Source: Neophaeotheca triangularis (taxonomy: Eukaryota). From it: DNA of 64,000 nt. The position numbers were made by a program, and so were the translations under genes. The stretch lies in the NCBI GenBank assembly GCA_054600435.1, contig BAAIJX010000060.1, positions 62,001-126,000 of the forward strand, written 5' to 3'. Under the pieces are notes generated by a model. The model saw only the letters and a program-made list of their open reading frames with translations, searched no databases and was not told the DNA's origin. Positions 24,496 through 37,918 of this stretch are shown here, piece after piece; the first letter of the stretch is position 1; each line of letters begins with the position of its first letter.

Positions 24496-26599
24496 CTAAT
24501 ACCCACCCCAACCCTCACCCTGAAGACTCACATCGTTGATGAAGCTCTCCCAGTTGAACCACGACATGCCATCTTCGCCGACGTTATCCCAGGAGGGCAT
24601 TGAAGCCATATTGACACCATTTGCCATGTTCAATGCGAAGCCAGCCTCTCCAGTCATTGCACCAGGTAGCGGCCCAGGCAATGGTTCGTCCTCTTCAGCA
24701 GCCATTTGTGCCTCGAGCGAGCCAACTCTCTCCCTCGCCTTCTGCATCAAACGCTTAACAGGCCTCCATAGTAGCCCTGAATCCGAGTCCGCAATTCCCG
24801 AAGCATAAGTTTCAAAGGACTCCTTGGCCACCCCCCACGCTCTCTCCCAACCGGGCGCATCCGGCCTAGCACACAACTCCGCCAACACAATGGCAAGCGC
24901 ATACCATTTGACCCAAGAGAACCAGGCCCATTGTAAGAACTCGGCGTTGAACTTTGTGATCATCGACCGCTCCAGCACTTCGGTGGCGACTTGAAGTGTG
25001 TCGAAGTCGTCGTCTACGGAGGGTTTGGCATGCACTTGATGCTGGATCGGACGACGCAAGAGCAGTTTCTCCGTGACTAAGCAACCGTGACCGCACATAA
25101 TGGTGAAACGAGAAAAGGGCGTAGAGGAGACGGAACAGACTGCCGTCAGCTCGTTGACGTAGTTTTCAAAGGACTCGATGACGCTCAACTTTTGTTTCCA
25201 GATCTCGGCAGGGGTTTTGTTGGCTTCTTCTGGTTGCATTCCAGCACGTAAGAGACGGCGCTGGCACACCATGGCGCGGTGTGTCGTGCAGCTTAAAATC
25301 ATATCAGTACAGCGTAGTGTAGGCTGAGAGACTGGTAAATCAGGGGAAAAAGGTGAGATCTCGTCGTCGTTGATATTGAGCGGGAAGGCTGGATCGACGT
25401 CGTGGGCGAGCAAGAGTTTTGTGCCACGATCGAAAGCCGATTGGACGTCGAGTATGCCAATGGAACACCAAAGTCTCCGACGCATCTCCTCTTCGAAAGG
25501 CGATCGAGCACTAGGTGCCTTGGTGCTCAGACCTTGCGCTTCTGCCAGACGGATGAGTAAAGCAACGAGGACCCACGGCGCTGCACTTGTGTTGACAGTG
25601 CGTAGCCCGACTATGAATATGGCAAAGGCCTGCAGGACCGTCAAGTCTTGAGAAATCAAAAGGCCGGCTTTAGTGAGAGAAGCTTCGGCAACCTCTCGGT
25701 ACTGAGAAGTGAGCAAGTAATGTTCACTGAAATCGTCTTCTGTAAGTGCACAACTGGCCGTGAAATAGATGCAGGATTCCAGTGCTTCCTGGGCAGGAGT
25801 CAATGAGCTGACTGTTTCGGCACCAAACATGTCGCAGATGGTAGGCCAGTGGACGACCTTGAAGATGGAGTCGACACGATCACGAAATATCGCAAGAAGT
25901 GTCCTTCTCATGTCGTTAGCAGGACGCACTGTGTAGGCTGTGGGCCTGGTCCCGAACAGAATCCTTGTCGTCCCTAGATTCGCGTCATTGGGGGGAGAGT
26001 CATCGTGACCAGTCCGTTCTGGATGATCGGATATTTCCTCGCTCTCTGGATCTTCGAGAACACCTCGTAGCCCGGCAACCTAATAGAACCACAGTCAGTA
26101 AAGTCCTGTTCGGACAGGAGATGCAAGGATATCACCTCTGTCGAGAGATCCTGCCAAAACGCCGAGGCTACATAGCTATTGAGTGGCGAGGGCTCTGTGC
26201 TACTGCTTCGCGGCGTGGGAATCTGCGGTTGGCTCTGGATCGTTGGGTAGTCGACAGGGCCTGCCTCTTTCGACTCCTGCCAGATCTCTTATTAGCATTG
26301 ATCTTTGCGATTTCAGGGCATTTGCCCACCTTGCCATGGTCATCGGCGTCGGTCCTCAGAGTCCCCTCCGCATCAATCCTCGCCACAAGCGCTTCGAGAC
26401 GATCGATCCTAGCTTTCAAGAGGCTGTCCTTGCGTTTAGCATGGCCACTCTTACCCCTTGGCAATCTTTGTCGATTCACTGCAACGCAGCCTAGGCCTGC
26501 CTTTCGACAAGCAGAACAAGGCAAATTCTTATCGCAACGCGTCTTACGTTGAGCGCATTGTTGGCAGCTGAGTCTAGCGGCTGATATGTTGCTGCTCAT
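24496..26599 (-). CDS. Zn(II)2Cys6 transcription factor with fungal-specific TF domain, 3 exons
   Basis: [21 protein letters not shown] binuclear cluster. Introns at about 26277-26329 and 26080-26135 give ...[22 protein letters not shown]... in frame with the 477-aa ORF (LQAF, EMRRRLW, P.NINDDE). Confidence 0.9.
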
Positions 26600-27038
26600 G
26601 TTGATGTAATTGGTGGCTGCTGGAATGGACGGAATAGAAAATTGAGATTCTTAGCCAGATCTAGGAGATATGACCACCTACAGGCAAGTGGCAACACGAG
26701 AATACTTGAACTTGTTGTACACTAAGCAGAAGAGATATATCAAGCCATTCAGTGTGTCGAAGGATGCCCGAGTGCATATCGAAGTTGTCATATATACCAG
26801 CGGGAAACCCAATAGAGTTTAGCGCTAGTATGACGCTAATCTCAGTCTAGCACACTAAGTAGGTAGAGGTAGGGGACATGTGCCTTGATTGAGCTGGAGC
26901 TCAAGCAAGCTTCTCGAGGCAGCTGGAGAGGTGCAGAGACGAGACGAGGGTCGTGCTGCGCGTTGATGGTCTGCGACTTTCAACCAGAACATGGGTTGAT
27001 TGTAGTGACAACTTTCTCAGGTCAACAATACCGGAACA

Positions 27039-27901
27039 ATGTCGTCTTCCGGGTTTCGCCTTGGTGGCCATGGTATGTCTAAACCCACACCCAGCCTACT
27101 AAGAGCTTGCATCACTGACACTCCACTCACACAGCCTTCAATCACGGCCCTTCGCAGGATGCCGAGCAAGAGTACGATCGTTTGCGCGACGCCGCCCGGA
27201 ACGAGCAAAGCCAATACCACCATTTCGCCGGTAAATCCCAACAGGCCTACCAATCTGGTGACGGCGCAGGCGCGAAGGACCTGAGCGAGCAGGGCAAGAG
27301 GCATGCAGCGAAAGCCGACGATCTGAATCGGCAAGCCTCCGAGTTCATCTTCCGCGAGAACAACGCATATGGCAAAGTCGACAGCGACACAATTGACCTT
27401 CACGGGCAATATGTCGAAGAAGCGGAGGAGATTCTCGAACAGCGAATACGGCACGCGCGTAACATGAACCAAGGGCATCTGAATGTCATAGTGGGAAAGG
27501 GTAACCACAGCCAAGGACACGTGCAAAAGCTCAAGCCCAGGGTGGAGCAAGTGTGTCGCGAGTTGGGTCTGCAATACCATACTGACGAGGAGAACGAGGG
27601 ACGGATCTACGTCGACCTCAAGCCAGGCGGTGGAGGTGGCCCTGGCCCTGGCGCAGGATACGGCTACGGGGGACAAACGCAGCATCCGCAGTACGGGCAG
27701 CCCATGTACGAGACGGCGTATCCGATGCGTGTGCCTGGTGGCTCATCTGGTGGGCATGCAAACGCCGGGTATCCTGGCGCGAGACCGCAACAGGACATGC
27801 ACTACGGTGGACAGCAACAGCAGTCTCAGCAAATGCAATACCAGGAGCCACAGAACCAGAAGAAAGAGAGCAAGTGTTGCGGGTTGTGTATCGTCATGTA
27901 G
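27039..27901 (+). CDS. DUF1771 plus Smr (small MutS-related) domain protein with a C-terminal CaaX box, 2 exons
   Basis: Intron 27073-27134. Motifs IFRENN..TIDLHGQYVEEA, VIVGKGNHS and ENEGRI, then a G/Q/Y-rich tail ending KCCGLCIVM*. Confidence 0.9.
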
Positions 27902-28324
27902 AGCCCCGGGAGGCCGATTCACTTTTGGTGTTGGCCATCAGATACCCTTATTTATTCGGCCAAGTTGGCATTGTATTTATCCAGTTGTTTTCTATACGCC
28001 ACTGCGTACAATCCTCTACCAAAATAATTCAGCACATCATGTAGGTACCATTATTCCATTGACTTGACCATGACCCGGAAAACATTCACGCGAGCTCGGT
28101 TCGGAGCACCCCGCCCCCCAAAGTGGGGCAGTGCTTGCTGCCCAGCGCGCGGGCCGTGGGTCACTGAATGCCGGACGACCACATGGCTCTATTACCCTAC
28201 CCAGCCCATGAACATGACTTCCCCTTTCAGCGTTGCTCCAGCATTGTTATTATGGCGATAGTCTTCTTGCTCGTCTAGATGTATTGGAGGAGGGAGCGAC
28301 TGGAAGCGCAACCGATCAAGCACC

Positions 28325-30816
28325 ATGGCCGAAATCGACATTGCCCCCAACTTCGGGGCTGAGTTAAAGGTTAGCCAATCGCCCCGGAAACACTGACATG
28401 TATTCGTTCTACGGATCAAATCCCTGGAACACGCTTTCTGACCTCGTTGGGATGCGTAGGATGGGTTCAAGCCAGTCAATACTTGGGTCTCCAACGGCAT
28501 CGCTTGGATCGATGATATCCAGCAATTCTACCGCGAGCGCAGCGCTATCGAAAAGGAGTACAGCACCAAGCTCAACGCCCTGGCCAAGAAGTATTTCGAG
28601 AAGAAAGCGAAGAAGCAGAGCACTCTGAGTGTCGGCGAAACCCCGACAGTGACCCCCGGCTCCCTCGAGAGTGCTTCCATGACCACATGGACAGTACAGC
28701 TCACGACCCTGGAATCGAGAGCCGCTGAGCACGACCGTTTCTCGTCACAGCTTATCAATGGCCTCGCGCAGCCGCTTCAGAATCTGCAAAACCGCTATGA
28801 AGACTTGCGAAAGAGTCACGCGGACTATGCTGCCAAGTTGGAGAAAGAGCGGGACTCGAGTTATGCGGAGCTGAGGAAGACCAAGGGGAAATATGACTCG
28901 GTGTGTCAGGAGGTCGAGAATAGGCGAAAGAAGACGGAAAGTAGCTTTGATTACGGAAAGGCCAAGGCACAATCTGCGTTTGCGCAACAGCAGAGCGAGA
29001 TGAGGAACATGAAGGTAGGGTGCCCAGGTGCTTGTGGGGAGATATTGCTTCGGAAGGCTTACAATCTGGCAGAATGCATACCTCATCGCGATCAACGTCA
29101 CAAACAAGCAAAAGGAGAGATACTACCACGAGTATGTCCCTGACCTTCTCGACGTAAGGCCACCACAAAACACCCGAAGCTGGAAGGTAGAAACTAATCA
29201 ATGCGTCATAGTCATTGCAGATACTCTCGGAAACGAGGACTACGACTTTGAATAACATGTGGTCGCGCGCAGCCTCCTACGAGAAGGACTGTCTGTCAAA
29301 TTCCATGCAGCTGGTAGATCACTTAGCTGGAGAGATTCCTCGCAACAACCCGGTTTTGGATAGCATGATGTTTGTTCGGCACAACGCAGCGCAGTGGCAC
29401 GATCCTCCCGACTTTGGCTTTGAACCTTCGCCTGTCTGGCTCGACGACGACAGCATGGCTTCCGATCCGAACAGCAAAACTTACCTCATGAACATTCTTA
29501 CACAGTCGAAGTCATCCCTGCCGCCTTTACGGCGCGAAGTCGAACAGAATCGCAAGAATGTCGATGGCGCAGATAGAGTGTTGAATGACATTAGAAGCGG
29601 CAAAGACACCAAACGAGACGAAGTTGATGTCGTCCGAAGCAAGTTCTACCACACCGAAGCTTTACACGAGGCTGAGCGGAAGATGATCACCGCTGAAGTT
29701 GAAGTCACCACTATCACGCAGAATGTCGGGGATGTCAGCGTGGGAGCGCGGAATCACAAATTCGAAAACAAAACCTACAAGATACCCACCAACTGCGATC
29801 AGTGTGGCGATAGATTATGGGGATTGTCCGCGAAGGGGCTGAGCTGTAGCGATTGCGGCTTTACGTGCCATACAAAGTGTCAAATGAAGGTGCCTGCCGA
29901 TTGTCCCGGGGAGCTAGACAAAGAAGCGAAAAAAAACATCAAGGCGGAAAGGCAAGCAGCCGCGGCAGCTAGCGCCCCGGCTGTAACGAGCAACGGTGAC
30001 GGCGGAGGCAGTGGTCAGAGTGCTGTGGCTGCACCTAGCTTGCAACGAAGCGACACCATGGGCTCTATGAACACGCTCAGCTCTGGCTACGCTACTAGTG
30101 CGCATCGTAGCATGAGTGGAGCGACTGTGAGAAGTCCCGACGAATCCTCGAAGCCAAGCGCGGCGCCACCGCGACAGCACAGGATGGTAGCACCACCGCC
30201 TGCGCAGTATGCGAACGGCAGCAGTGGAGGTGGCGGCGGGGGAGACGAACAGAGAGCCAACATGACATATGGGTATCAAGCGAATGGGGAGGGAGAAATC
30301 ACGGTTTCGGAAGGGCAGGAGGTAGTGGTCGTGGAACCAGACGGTATGTTTCCGCTTCGATCATTCGAGCAAGCATCCAATCAACTAACGCGCATTGCAG
30401 ATGGCTCAGGCTGGATGAAAGTCCGTCCCGTTTCAGGAGGTGCAGCAGGTCTAGTACCTGCCTCGTACGCCACCATCTCGCAAACAACCACCTCTCCTTT
30501 CGCCTCGTCTGCGGATCCAGAACCTCAGACCCGACAGTCGACGGCATCGGCTTCGACGACGAGTCTCGTGGGCTCGGTGTCTTCGGGAACGCAGAAGAAG
30601 GTCGGTCCAGCAGTCGCGCCGAGGAGGGGAGGCGCGAAGAAGGTCAAGCATGTCGAAGCGCTGTATACGTACAGTGCCAGCGGGGAGGGCGAGGTTAGTA
30701 TGGAGGAAGGGGAGAAGATGGTGCTGGTGCTTGCTGATCAAGGCGATGGATGGTGCGAGGTTGAGGCTCGGGCTGGGAAAGGCGTTGTGCCTGCTGGATG
30801 GGTCAAGGAGGTCTGA
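28325..30816 (+). CDS. BZZ1: Bzz1: F-BAR, C1 and two SH3 domains, 5 exons
   Basis: Introns 28370-28459, 29015-29072, 29154-29211 and 30344-30400. FYRERSAIEKEYS (FCH), HKF..PTNCDQC..CSDC..CHTKC (C1), and two SH3 domains ending GLVPASY and GVVPAGWV. Confidence 0.93.
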
Positions 30817-31167
30817 GAGTTGCATTCCTTGTTGGCTGCGGTTTGTCCAAGCGGACTTGTCCCGAGAGGTTGGCTTAGACATTGGCATTTTGTTGGCATT
30901 CTTGCGCGTACTTGCGAAGCTTGAGCGGCTGTTCCTCGCCTTCTTAGGTAGATTCAATCTCCAACTGACTGTTCTATTTCACCGTAGTAGTTGGGCATTT
31001 CTGACCGTCCTATTCCCACGACTTAAGAATGACATGACGATGGGAATGATGGTATCTCCCGACACCAGCCCATGGGCCATGGCGCGAAAGACACGGGTGC
31101 GTAGTCCACGTAGTCGTAAGCGGTGCCACAGCGATATCGAGCATTGAAGCCGACAAAAGCTCCACCA

Positions 31168-31600
31168 TCGGGACCCGCCGGGACTCAGTCTTGCCAAGCC
31201 CCTCCAAACGCCGCCGGCGCGCAGCTCCAACGTCAACTCGTGACTGGCCAGTTCTGGACGCTTTACTCGATCACATCGAGTCAACTTTCAAACCACAATC
31301 GACCACCACCGGCCATCTCTAATAAAGTGCCGTGCCTCCGCGCAGAGACCCCGCTGTGCCCGCCCGCCCATCTTCGAGCTCTCGCACGATGATAACCTTC
31401 ATTTGCCTAGGCTGACGGTAGACCACCGCAGACCAGGGGGGCGAGGCCTACGCTCTCAACGACTGGGCTGATACTGATAAGGGCCCTGCTAAGTAACACG
31501 AACACCAACCGTTTCTCCGCCGCACCACTATCTCGCGCTGGAGTGTACGGCAGGTCGGTAGCAATACTATCATCGTATCTGTTACCACGCCTGATAGCAC
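31168..31600 (+). promoter_or_regulatory. Putative nitrogen/purine regulatory region: CGG-N6-CCG site plus a GATA cluster
   Basis: TCGG-gacccg-CCG at 31168-31180. HGATAR sites near 31390, 31475, 31528 (reverse), 31567 (reverse) and 31592, upstream of the NCS1 permease. Confidence 0.4.
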
Positions 31601-31934
31601 CCGCACCTGTGGGATTCTGGGCCCTCAGCAAGATCTGCATCGTGCTGTAACAAAAAGGCCGTTGTGTCCACCGTATAGGTAGGAAAAGTGTGTGCTCCTC
31701 TTTGCTCTTCGTCGTCTAGCTTGAAAGCATCTTTCCGTACCACCCGTGTAGCTTGAGGGGTCACCTGCCTTTTACTGTTACAGCTGTCTGAGGACCAACT
31801 ACTACTTATTGGGATCGGTCGCCCTCCACTCGACCCAAGCAGCCGCTCCATACATATTACGCTCGCGAAGCAGGACACGCCTCGCTACAAGTAACTCGTA
31901 ACCAAGACTACGACTACGACAAAACACCAACAAC

Positions 31935-33771
31935 ATGTCTACCTCGAACAGACTGAGGCAGCTGTCTCGCAAGGTTGCCGTCGACAGCGAGCCTGGTCTG
32001 ACCAACACCCAGCTCATGCTGGCAAACGACGATTTGAAGCCCGTTGAGCCCGAACGACGGCAATGGACCTCCAAGAACTTCGTCTTTTTCTGGATCGCTG
32101 ATTGTTTCAATATCAACACATGGATGATTGGTGAGTGCAACGAGACATGCCTTGTATCCCGCTCTCTGATCTAACAATAATAGTCGGGTCTTCCCTTGAC
32201 AGCGGCCTTTCCTGGTGGCAAGCCTGGCTTTGCGTTTGGATCGGCTACAGCATCGCAGCCATCTTCATTTACCTGACCGGCCGGATTGGTGCAAAATACC
32301 ACATCTCGTTCCCCGTGGCCAGCAGAGCGTCTTTCGGAGTCTGGGGAGCCTTCTGGCCCGTTCTGAACCGATCTGTCATGGCATGCGTTTGGTACGGAGT
32401 GCAGTCCTGGATTGGTGGGGAGTGCGTTTTCCTCCTTATCCGGGCGATCTGGCCGTCGTGGGATGACTACAAATCCGGAGGCAGCAAGAACACCATGTCG
32501 GAATCATCTGGTACAAGCACGGCGTACTTCGTCAGCTTCTTCCTCTTCTGGGTTGGCTCCCTGCCTTTCCTTTGGTTCCCAGTGCACAAGATTCGTCACC
32601 TTTTTACGGTCAAATCCATCCTGGCGCCGATCTGTGGCATCGCCTTTTTTATCTGGGCTATCGTCAGAGCCGACGGACTAGGACCCATCGTCGATCAAGG
32701 CGCTTCGGTCGGAGGGAGCCAACTGGCTTGGGGCGTCATCACGGGCATTATGTCCGCCATCGCCAACTTTGCTGCCCTCATTGTCAACAACCCCGACTTT
32801 TCGCGTTTTGCCCGTAAGCCTAGCGACGCTTACTGGTCGCAGGTGATCACCATTCCTGTCGGCTTCGCTCTCACGAGCTTCATCGGTATCATCGTGGCAT
32901 CCGCGTCTCGAGTCATCTACCCTGAAAACCCCGATCCTGTCTGGAACCCTCTTGACCTTCTTGTAATGTTTCTTAACGACGACGATGTCAACGGCGCGAC
33001 GCGTTTCGGGGTGTGGGTTATCGCATTTGGTTTCGTTGTTGCTCAGCTGGGCACAAACATCGCGGCCAACTCTATCTCAGGTAAGCCTCTATCAACTACC
33101 CGTCTCTACAAACATTGATACTAACCATGACCCCAGCCGGTACCGACCTCACAGCCCTCCTCCCCCGCTACATCAACATCCGTCGCGGCTCCTACCTCTG
33201 CGCCTTCGTCGGCCTAGTAATGTGCCCATGGCACCTTCTCGCCGACAGCAACAACTTCACAACCTACCTATCTGCCTACTCCGTCTTCCTCTCCTCCATC
33301 GCCGGCGTCGTCGTCTGCGACTACTACATCGTCCGCAAGGGCTACCTCCAAATCCGCGACCTATACTCCGCTCTCCACGACTCCCCCTACTACTACACCT
33401 TCGGCCTCCACTGGCGGGCCTTCGCCGCCTACATCGCAGGCGTCATGATCAACATCGTCGGTTTCGTGGGTGCGGTGGGCCAAGATGTTCCCGTAGGCGC
33501 CACCTACATCTACAACCTCAACTTCTTCTGCGGTTTCATCGTCGCCATGGCTTGCTACTGGCTACTGTGCTACTTCTCGCCAATACCCGCAACCAGCGAC
33601 GTCTGGTGCGAAGTCGACGACGATTTGACTGGTGCGAACGCCACGCTTGTATATGGCGTGCCTATGAAGGACGACCCCGAGGCTGGGTATGGTGGCAGCT
33701 TTGACATGGGATGGAACCCGGACAATAGGGACCACGATAAGAAGACGGACGTTACTACCACCATTGGTTGA
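31935..33771 (+). CDS. NCS1-family nucleobase permease (Fur-type: uracil/allantoin/uridine), 3 exons
   Basis: NDDLKPVEPERRQW..NFVFFWIAD.FNINTW, YHISFPV.SRASFG.WG, NNPDFSRFA, QLGTNIAANSISAG and DYY..RKG motifs. Introns 32131-32183 and 33081-33136. Confidence 0.95.
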
Positions 33772-34829
33772 TGTTTTGCTTTTGCGGCGGTTTATGACAT
33801 GATGACTTGTGTTTGGTGTTTTTTCCTTATATACCCTTGTATACATCGCCCGGAGGGGGTAGATGGTTGTTTTACTTGCTGGGAGTTCTTCCATCTCGGT
33901 GGCCAAGCGTCTACGAGGTAGAGTCCCAATAGGCTGTCAATCAATACTATTCGAACGAGAGGGCTATCAGAATAGCACACTCTGATGAAGCGTCCATATG
34001 GTCGCCGAGAGACTGATGGAAAGGTAGAAGCCCGGGACGATCGTCTCAAGCGACCTTGCAGGTAACCCGCTCCTGCAAAGCTGTTGTCGCAACATCACAG
34101 GGCGCGTGTCGTCAAACCTAGTACCCATAGTCCTTCGGTCCAAGCTGCTTCGGTGAGGTAGACATCGCTACCCTCACGTACTCCAATCTCTTTGCCCCCG
34201 TCTTCATCCAGCTTCTCACCTTGCGCAATGTGGATTATCCATACCGGACGGTCCGATCATATTCTGATTGGCTCCAAAGTAACCGAGGCTCTGCGGTAGG
34301 CCGGGTTTTACTGCGGTTAGCCGCCGCCAGCGAAGCGGCGATATGGAGCGGGCCGACTGGTGACAGTAGCCTAATCTGAACGTCCATCTGTCAACCACGC
34401 TGCCAAAAGCTGCAGAGGTTGACCTAAGATGGGCGTACCAAAGGGTCTGCGCTCACGTTGAGTCAAATCGAAGTAATGCCTGTGGACTGGAGCTTCTCTT
34501 GTCAAAGCCGTATCGGGGTCGCAAGCAAGACTGCGAGACACTCCGACATGGTGCGGGAGATACTGCACTGCGCCAGGCTTGCGCGAACGCGCAAAGGAAT
34601 ATACTGGAAGACTAATAGGCCGGGCCGTGGGTTTTCTCCTACCAGTTTGCTGTAGATTGCTATCTCCCCCGTCGTGCGGCAGATGTCCCCAGCTTGTGTT
34701 ACGTGTAGGTACCTCTGCGTCCGCCTCGCAAATTCTTCGCTCTTCTTTCTTTAACCCAGAAACACGACCCTGCTTCTTCAAGATCAGGTGTAGTTGTAAA
34801 GATACGTCGCAAGTTCCATTCAACAACTC

Positions 34830-37310
34830 CTACCTTCATGGCAGCTCGAGAACTGGAGAAGGCCACGGGAATCCCAACTCTGCCCGCCGAAACGACCGTG
34901 GACGAAGACCCGGAAAACCAAGCCGCCCCGTCAGAACAGCAGAAAGCCTCGCTGTATTTGTCGCATTGACTACGAGGCCTCCAGCCGCAAACGACCCTAC
35001 TTTCAGACATCAGTCGGCCTCGCCCACGGTTCCATTTTCCTCTTCTTGACAGCCATCGCCCTGGCCGCCGGCGGGACAGCCTACTACGACTTCCGAACCT
35101 ATGCGTGGCCCACATGCCCAGACATTTTCGACCAACCACTCACTGCCTTGGGTCGACTCATTCCCGCACTGGCCGGTCGCTTCCCACACATATTCAACAA
35201 TCATCTTGCGCTTTCCCTAACAACTATGCCATACCGCAGCCAATTTCTGTTTCTGGACCAAGCATTTCGCTCCTTGCCTGTTCAAGGATGAACAGCCGAA
35301 GGTTGCCCGAGACCAATACATCCGGGAGCGCGAGACATGGGTCGAGGTCGCCGCCGATGGAATGTCATTAGAAGTTGCGACAACCTGGATACCGTGGACC
35401 TCGAGATGGGCAGCTATTCAATTGTGCGTGAATCCGAAGCATCGGGCTCTCGCAACCATTCTGAAGGGCGTCACAGCCGGTTGTCTACGGAACTCGAGGA
35501 TGGGCGAGGCGGAGGACTATCGTTGGATCTTCCTGTAGTTGATGTTTATATTGGGTTCCGGCATTGTCGCTGCTCTGATAGTCAAACTCTGCCACTTGCG
35601 CTCCTTGCGCCTTTACGTGGTTACGAAAGGATTGGCGTTGAGAAAGCCAAAAGAAGCACCCAAGTGGAGACTCGCAAGTGCTCCGGGAAGATGTCTTGTA
35701 TCACCACAAGGATGAAAATATAACTCCCTCAAGTGTGTTGGCTCTGGAGGTTTAATTGACAACGGTTCAGATGGGTGGCTCGGAAAGATTGGTGTCTCTG
35801 CACACAATGGTTCAAGCGATCGTTTCGCCAAGGACTTTCCAATGTGCCATCTGTATCTTCGCGGTCATTGCAGACGAGCACATGGGCGCTACCTCGCGGT
35901 TGATCTGTCAGAGAGGATGGGACTGTCTCGCCCACTCCGTACGTCGACTCTTCGAGGCTTACAAGTCAGCAGCGCTGTTGAACTATCCCGGCTAGCTGTT
36001 TCCTAGGTAATTATGGCGCTTCCGGCCCTCTCGAGTTGCCTAGCCTCGATACCTCCTGATCCACACTCTGAGCTCAGATCGCCAAAAAGCTAGCATGCGT
36101 CAGGGAGCAATGGATTTTACTTTTGATTTTGGGCTCGGCTGTAGGTGCTCTCAGCGCTTCTTAGAGTCTAGACGATCATCACAGCATTCGCTCTCGATTG
36201 GATCGCTCCGTTCTTCGTGGACTATGATGGCAAGCTATCGTGTAGTCGCGGCTCAACATAAGTTGCCGGGAGACCGTTGGGCTGAGTTCTATACTTTCAG
36301 CGCTTCGTCCTCGGCCGACAGTTCGATTTTTAGCGAGCCGCGACAGGTGAGATCTGAAGTCTATTCAACTTTTGAAGGCCACTAAATTGAACGAGGCTCA
36401 CGGTGAAAGAATTAGGAAAAGCGCCGGAAGCGTGTAGGTGGAAAATAGATAGATTACCCATTACAACCATATCTTATGGACGAACTTCAGGCTGGTCTCC
36501 TGATCGACGTAGCGACCTTTTACCACCAAGACTTCATCTTAGACTTCAAGCACATGTTCCTCCATAGCAAACCGGCTCTACGCCTTTGCATGTTCAAAAA
36601 GAGCCCCCCTCGTTCGATAAGTTACACCCAACAAGACACCGCTTTCTTTCTGCAAACCTCACCTGCGTCGACCTCGACCCTGCTAGGGTACATCAAGTCG
36701 AAGTCCAACACGAAAAGCGCCTCGAAGAGATTGCCGCTGACCCAGAATTGGAGCGAGTTGGCCCATAAGGTACGACAGTCTATGACCAAGGCGAAGACGC
36801 AGCACTCCGAGTCCAGACCTTGCCGAGCAATTACCCAAAGCTTTTTCAAGACGACGGGAAGATGGCCGAGATCCCAGAAAGCGACTGGATGAAAATCCCG
36901 CTGGTGAGCGATTGGCGCGCCTCCCTCCGGGGTGGCCTCAACCGCTCCACTGATCGAGGTAACTACCAGCGCAACAACCAATACCAGCAGAACCGGACGA
37001 CCAATTATGGCCGTCGCACTGACAACAACCAGCGTCAAGACGCCCAGCAACAACCAGGGTACTCCGCTCAACAGCAGGGGTACCGAAACTACCGCGCCGA
37101 CAACCGTCAAGAACCCGACAAGCGCCTTGCCATCACCGACAGCAAGGAACGCGAGCCCAGTTGCTACTCAAGCAAGGCCTTCTCGCAGCCGCAAGGAGGC
37201 AGGACTCCGCTACGGCCTTTCCAACAAAGGCAACCCCTGCGCGCAAAAAGTAAAACTTTTCCCGACAAACAGTCTGACGATAAGCGATCCGCGACAGGAA
37301 AAGTCTGAAG
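34830..37310 (+). mobile_element. Degenerate LTR-retrotransposon relic (Ty3/gypsy-like pol fragment plus gag-like pieces)
   Basis: 36720-36920 reads ERVGP*GTTVYDQ..SNYPKLFQDDGKMAEIPESDWMKIPLVSDW, which I recognise as the segment just N-terminal of RT in ascomycete gypsy-type elements; it has an in-frame stop. ELQAGLLID..ILDF (36480-36550) resembles a retroviral protease tail. No RT core or paired LTRs were found. Confidence 0.5.
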
Positions 37311-37800
37311 TCCGTTCCGGTTCTGAAAGGCCTCTCTGGTGAACAATATGTTCAGCGTGAAAGGTGTGAAGCCGCCGAGAACTTGTAAAATGTAAGAAAA
37401 AGAACATGTTGGCAGCCCTCCCGGGCGTGTGGGCCTACTTTGAAGTTCACTGCTATGGTTGATCGGACGTGATTTGAGTGCTGTGCTAGGCGCAAGTCAT
37501 TCGCTAGAGGAAGTCAAGAGAGATATAGAATGAGCCAGGGAGACTTTACGCTGGGGTGAAGACCTGGTACGGTCGTCAAGGCTGGTCTGCACGTCGGCTC
37601 CAGGGGCGCAAGTCGTGTGCTCTCGGCGCATTCCTAGTTTTGAAATGACTACACTATTGGCGCTTCCAAGGTTATCCAAACACCAAGATGCAGTGTTCGC
37701 CGATGGTAAGTAGACATCGGCTCACAGATGAAAGTCGATGTGCCAGATGAAAAGATGTTATCCATGGATCCTCAGCTCGGGAAAGTCAATGGATCGATCC

Positions 37801-37814
37801 TCTTATCGATAAGC
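37801..37814 (+). promoter_or_regulatory. TCTTATCGATAAGC element in the SEC28 promoter
   Basis: 12-bp palindrome CTTATCGATAAG at 37802-37813, about 105 bp upstream of the ATG. An identical copy lies in the USE1 promoter. Confidence 0.5.
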
Positions 37815-37918
37815 TCAAGCACCACCTAAGCACCTCGAACACCACCTACCTAGCAACCCAACCCAACAACACCACCACCCACGACTAATCCTCACCGCAC
37901 GCAAGCAACACCACAATC

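Noticed and set aside
26277..26329. Competing AG acceptors 2 nt apart that could yield a truncated DNA-binding-only Zn2Cys6 isoform
   Set aside because: Those AGs are too close to the branch point; an in-frame CAG slightly downstream gives a normal 53-nt intron.
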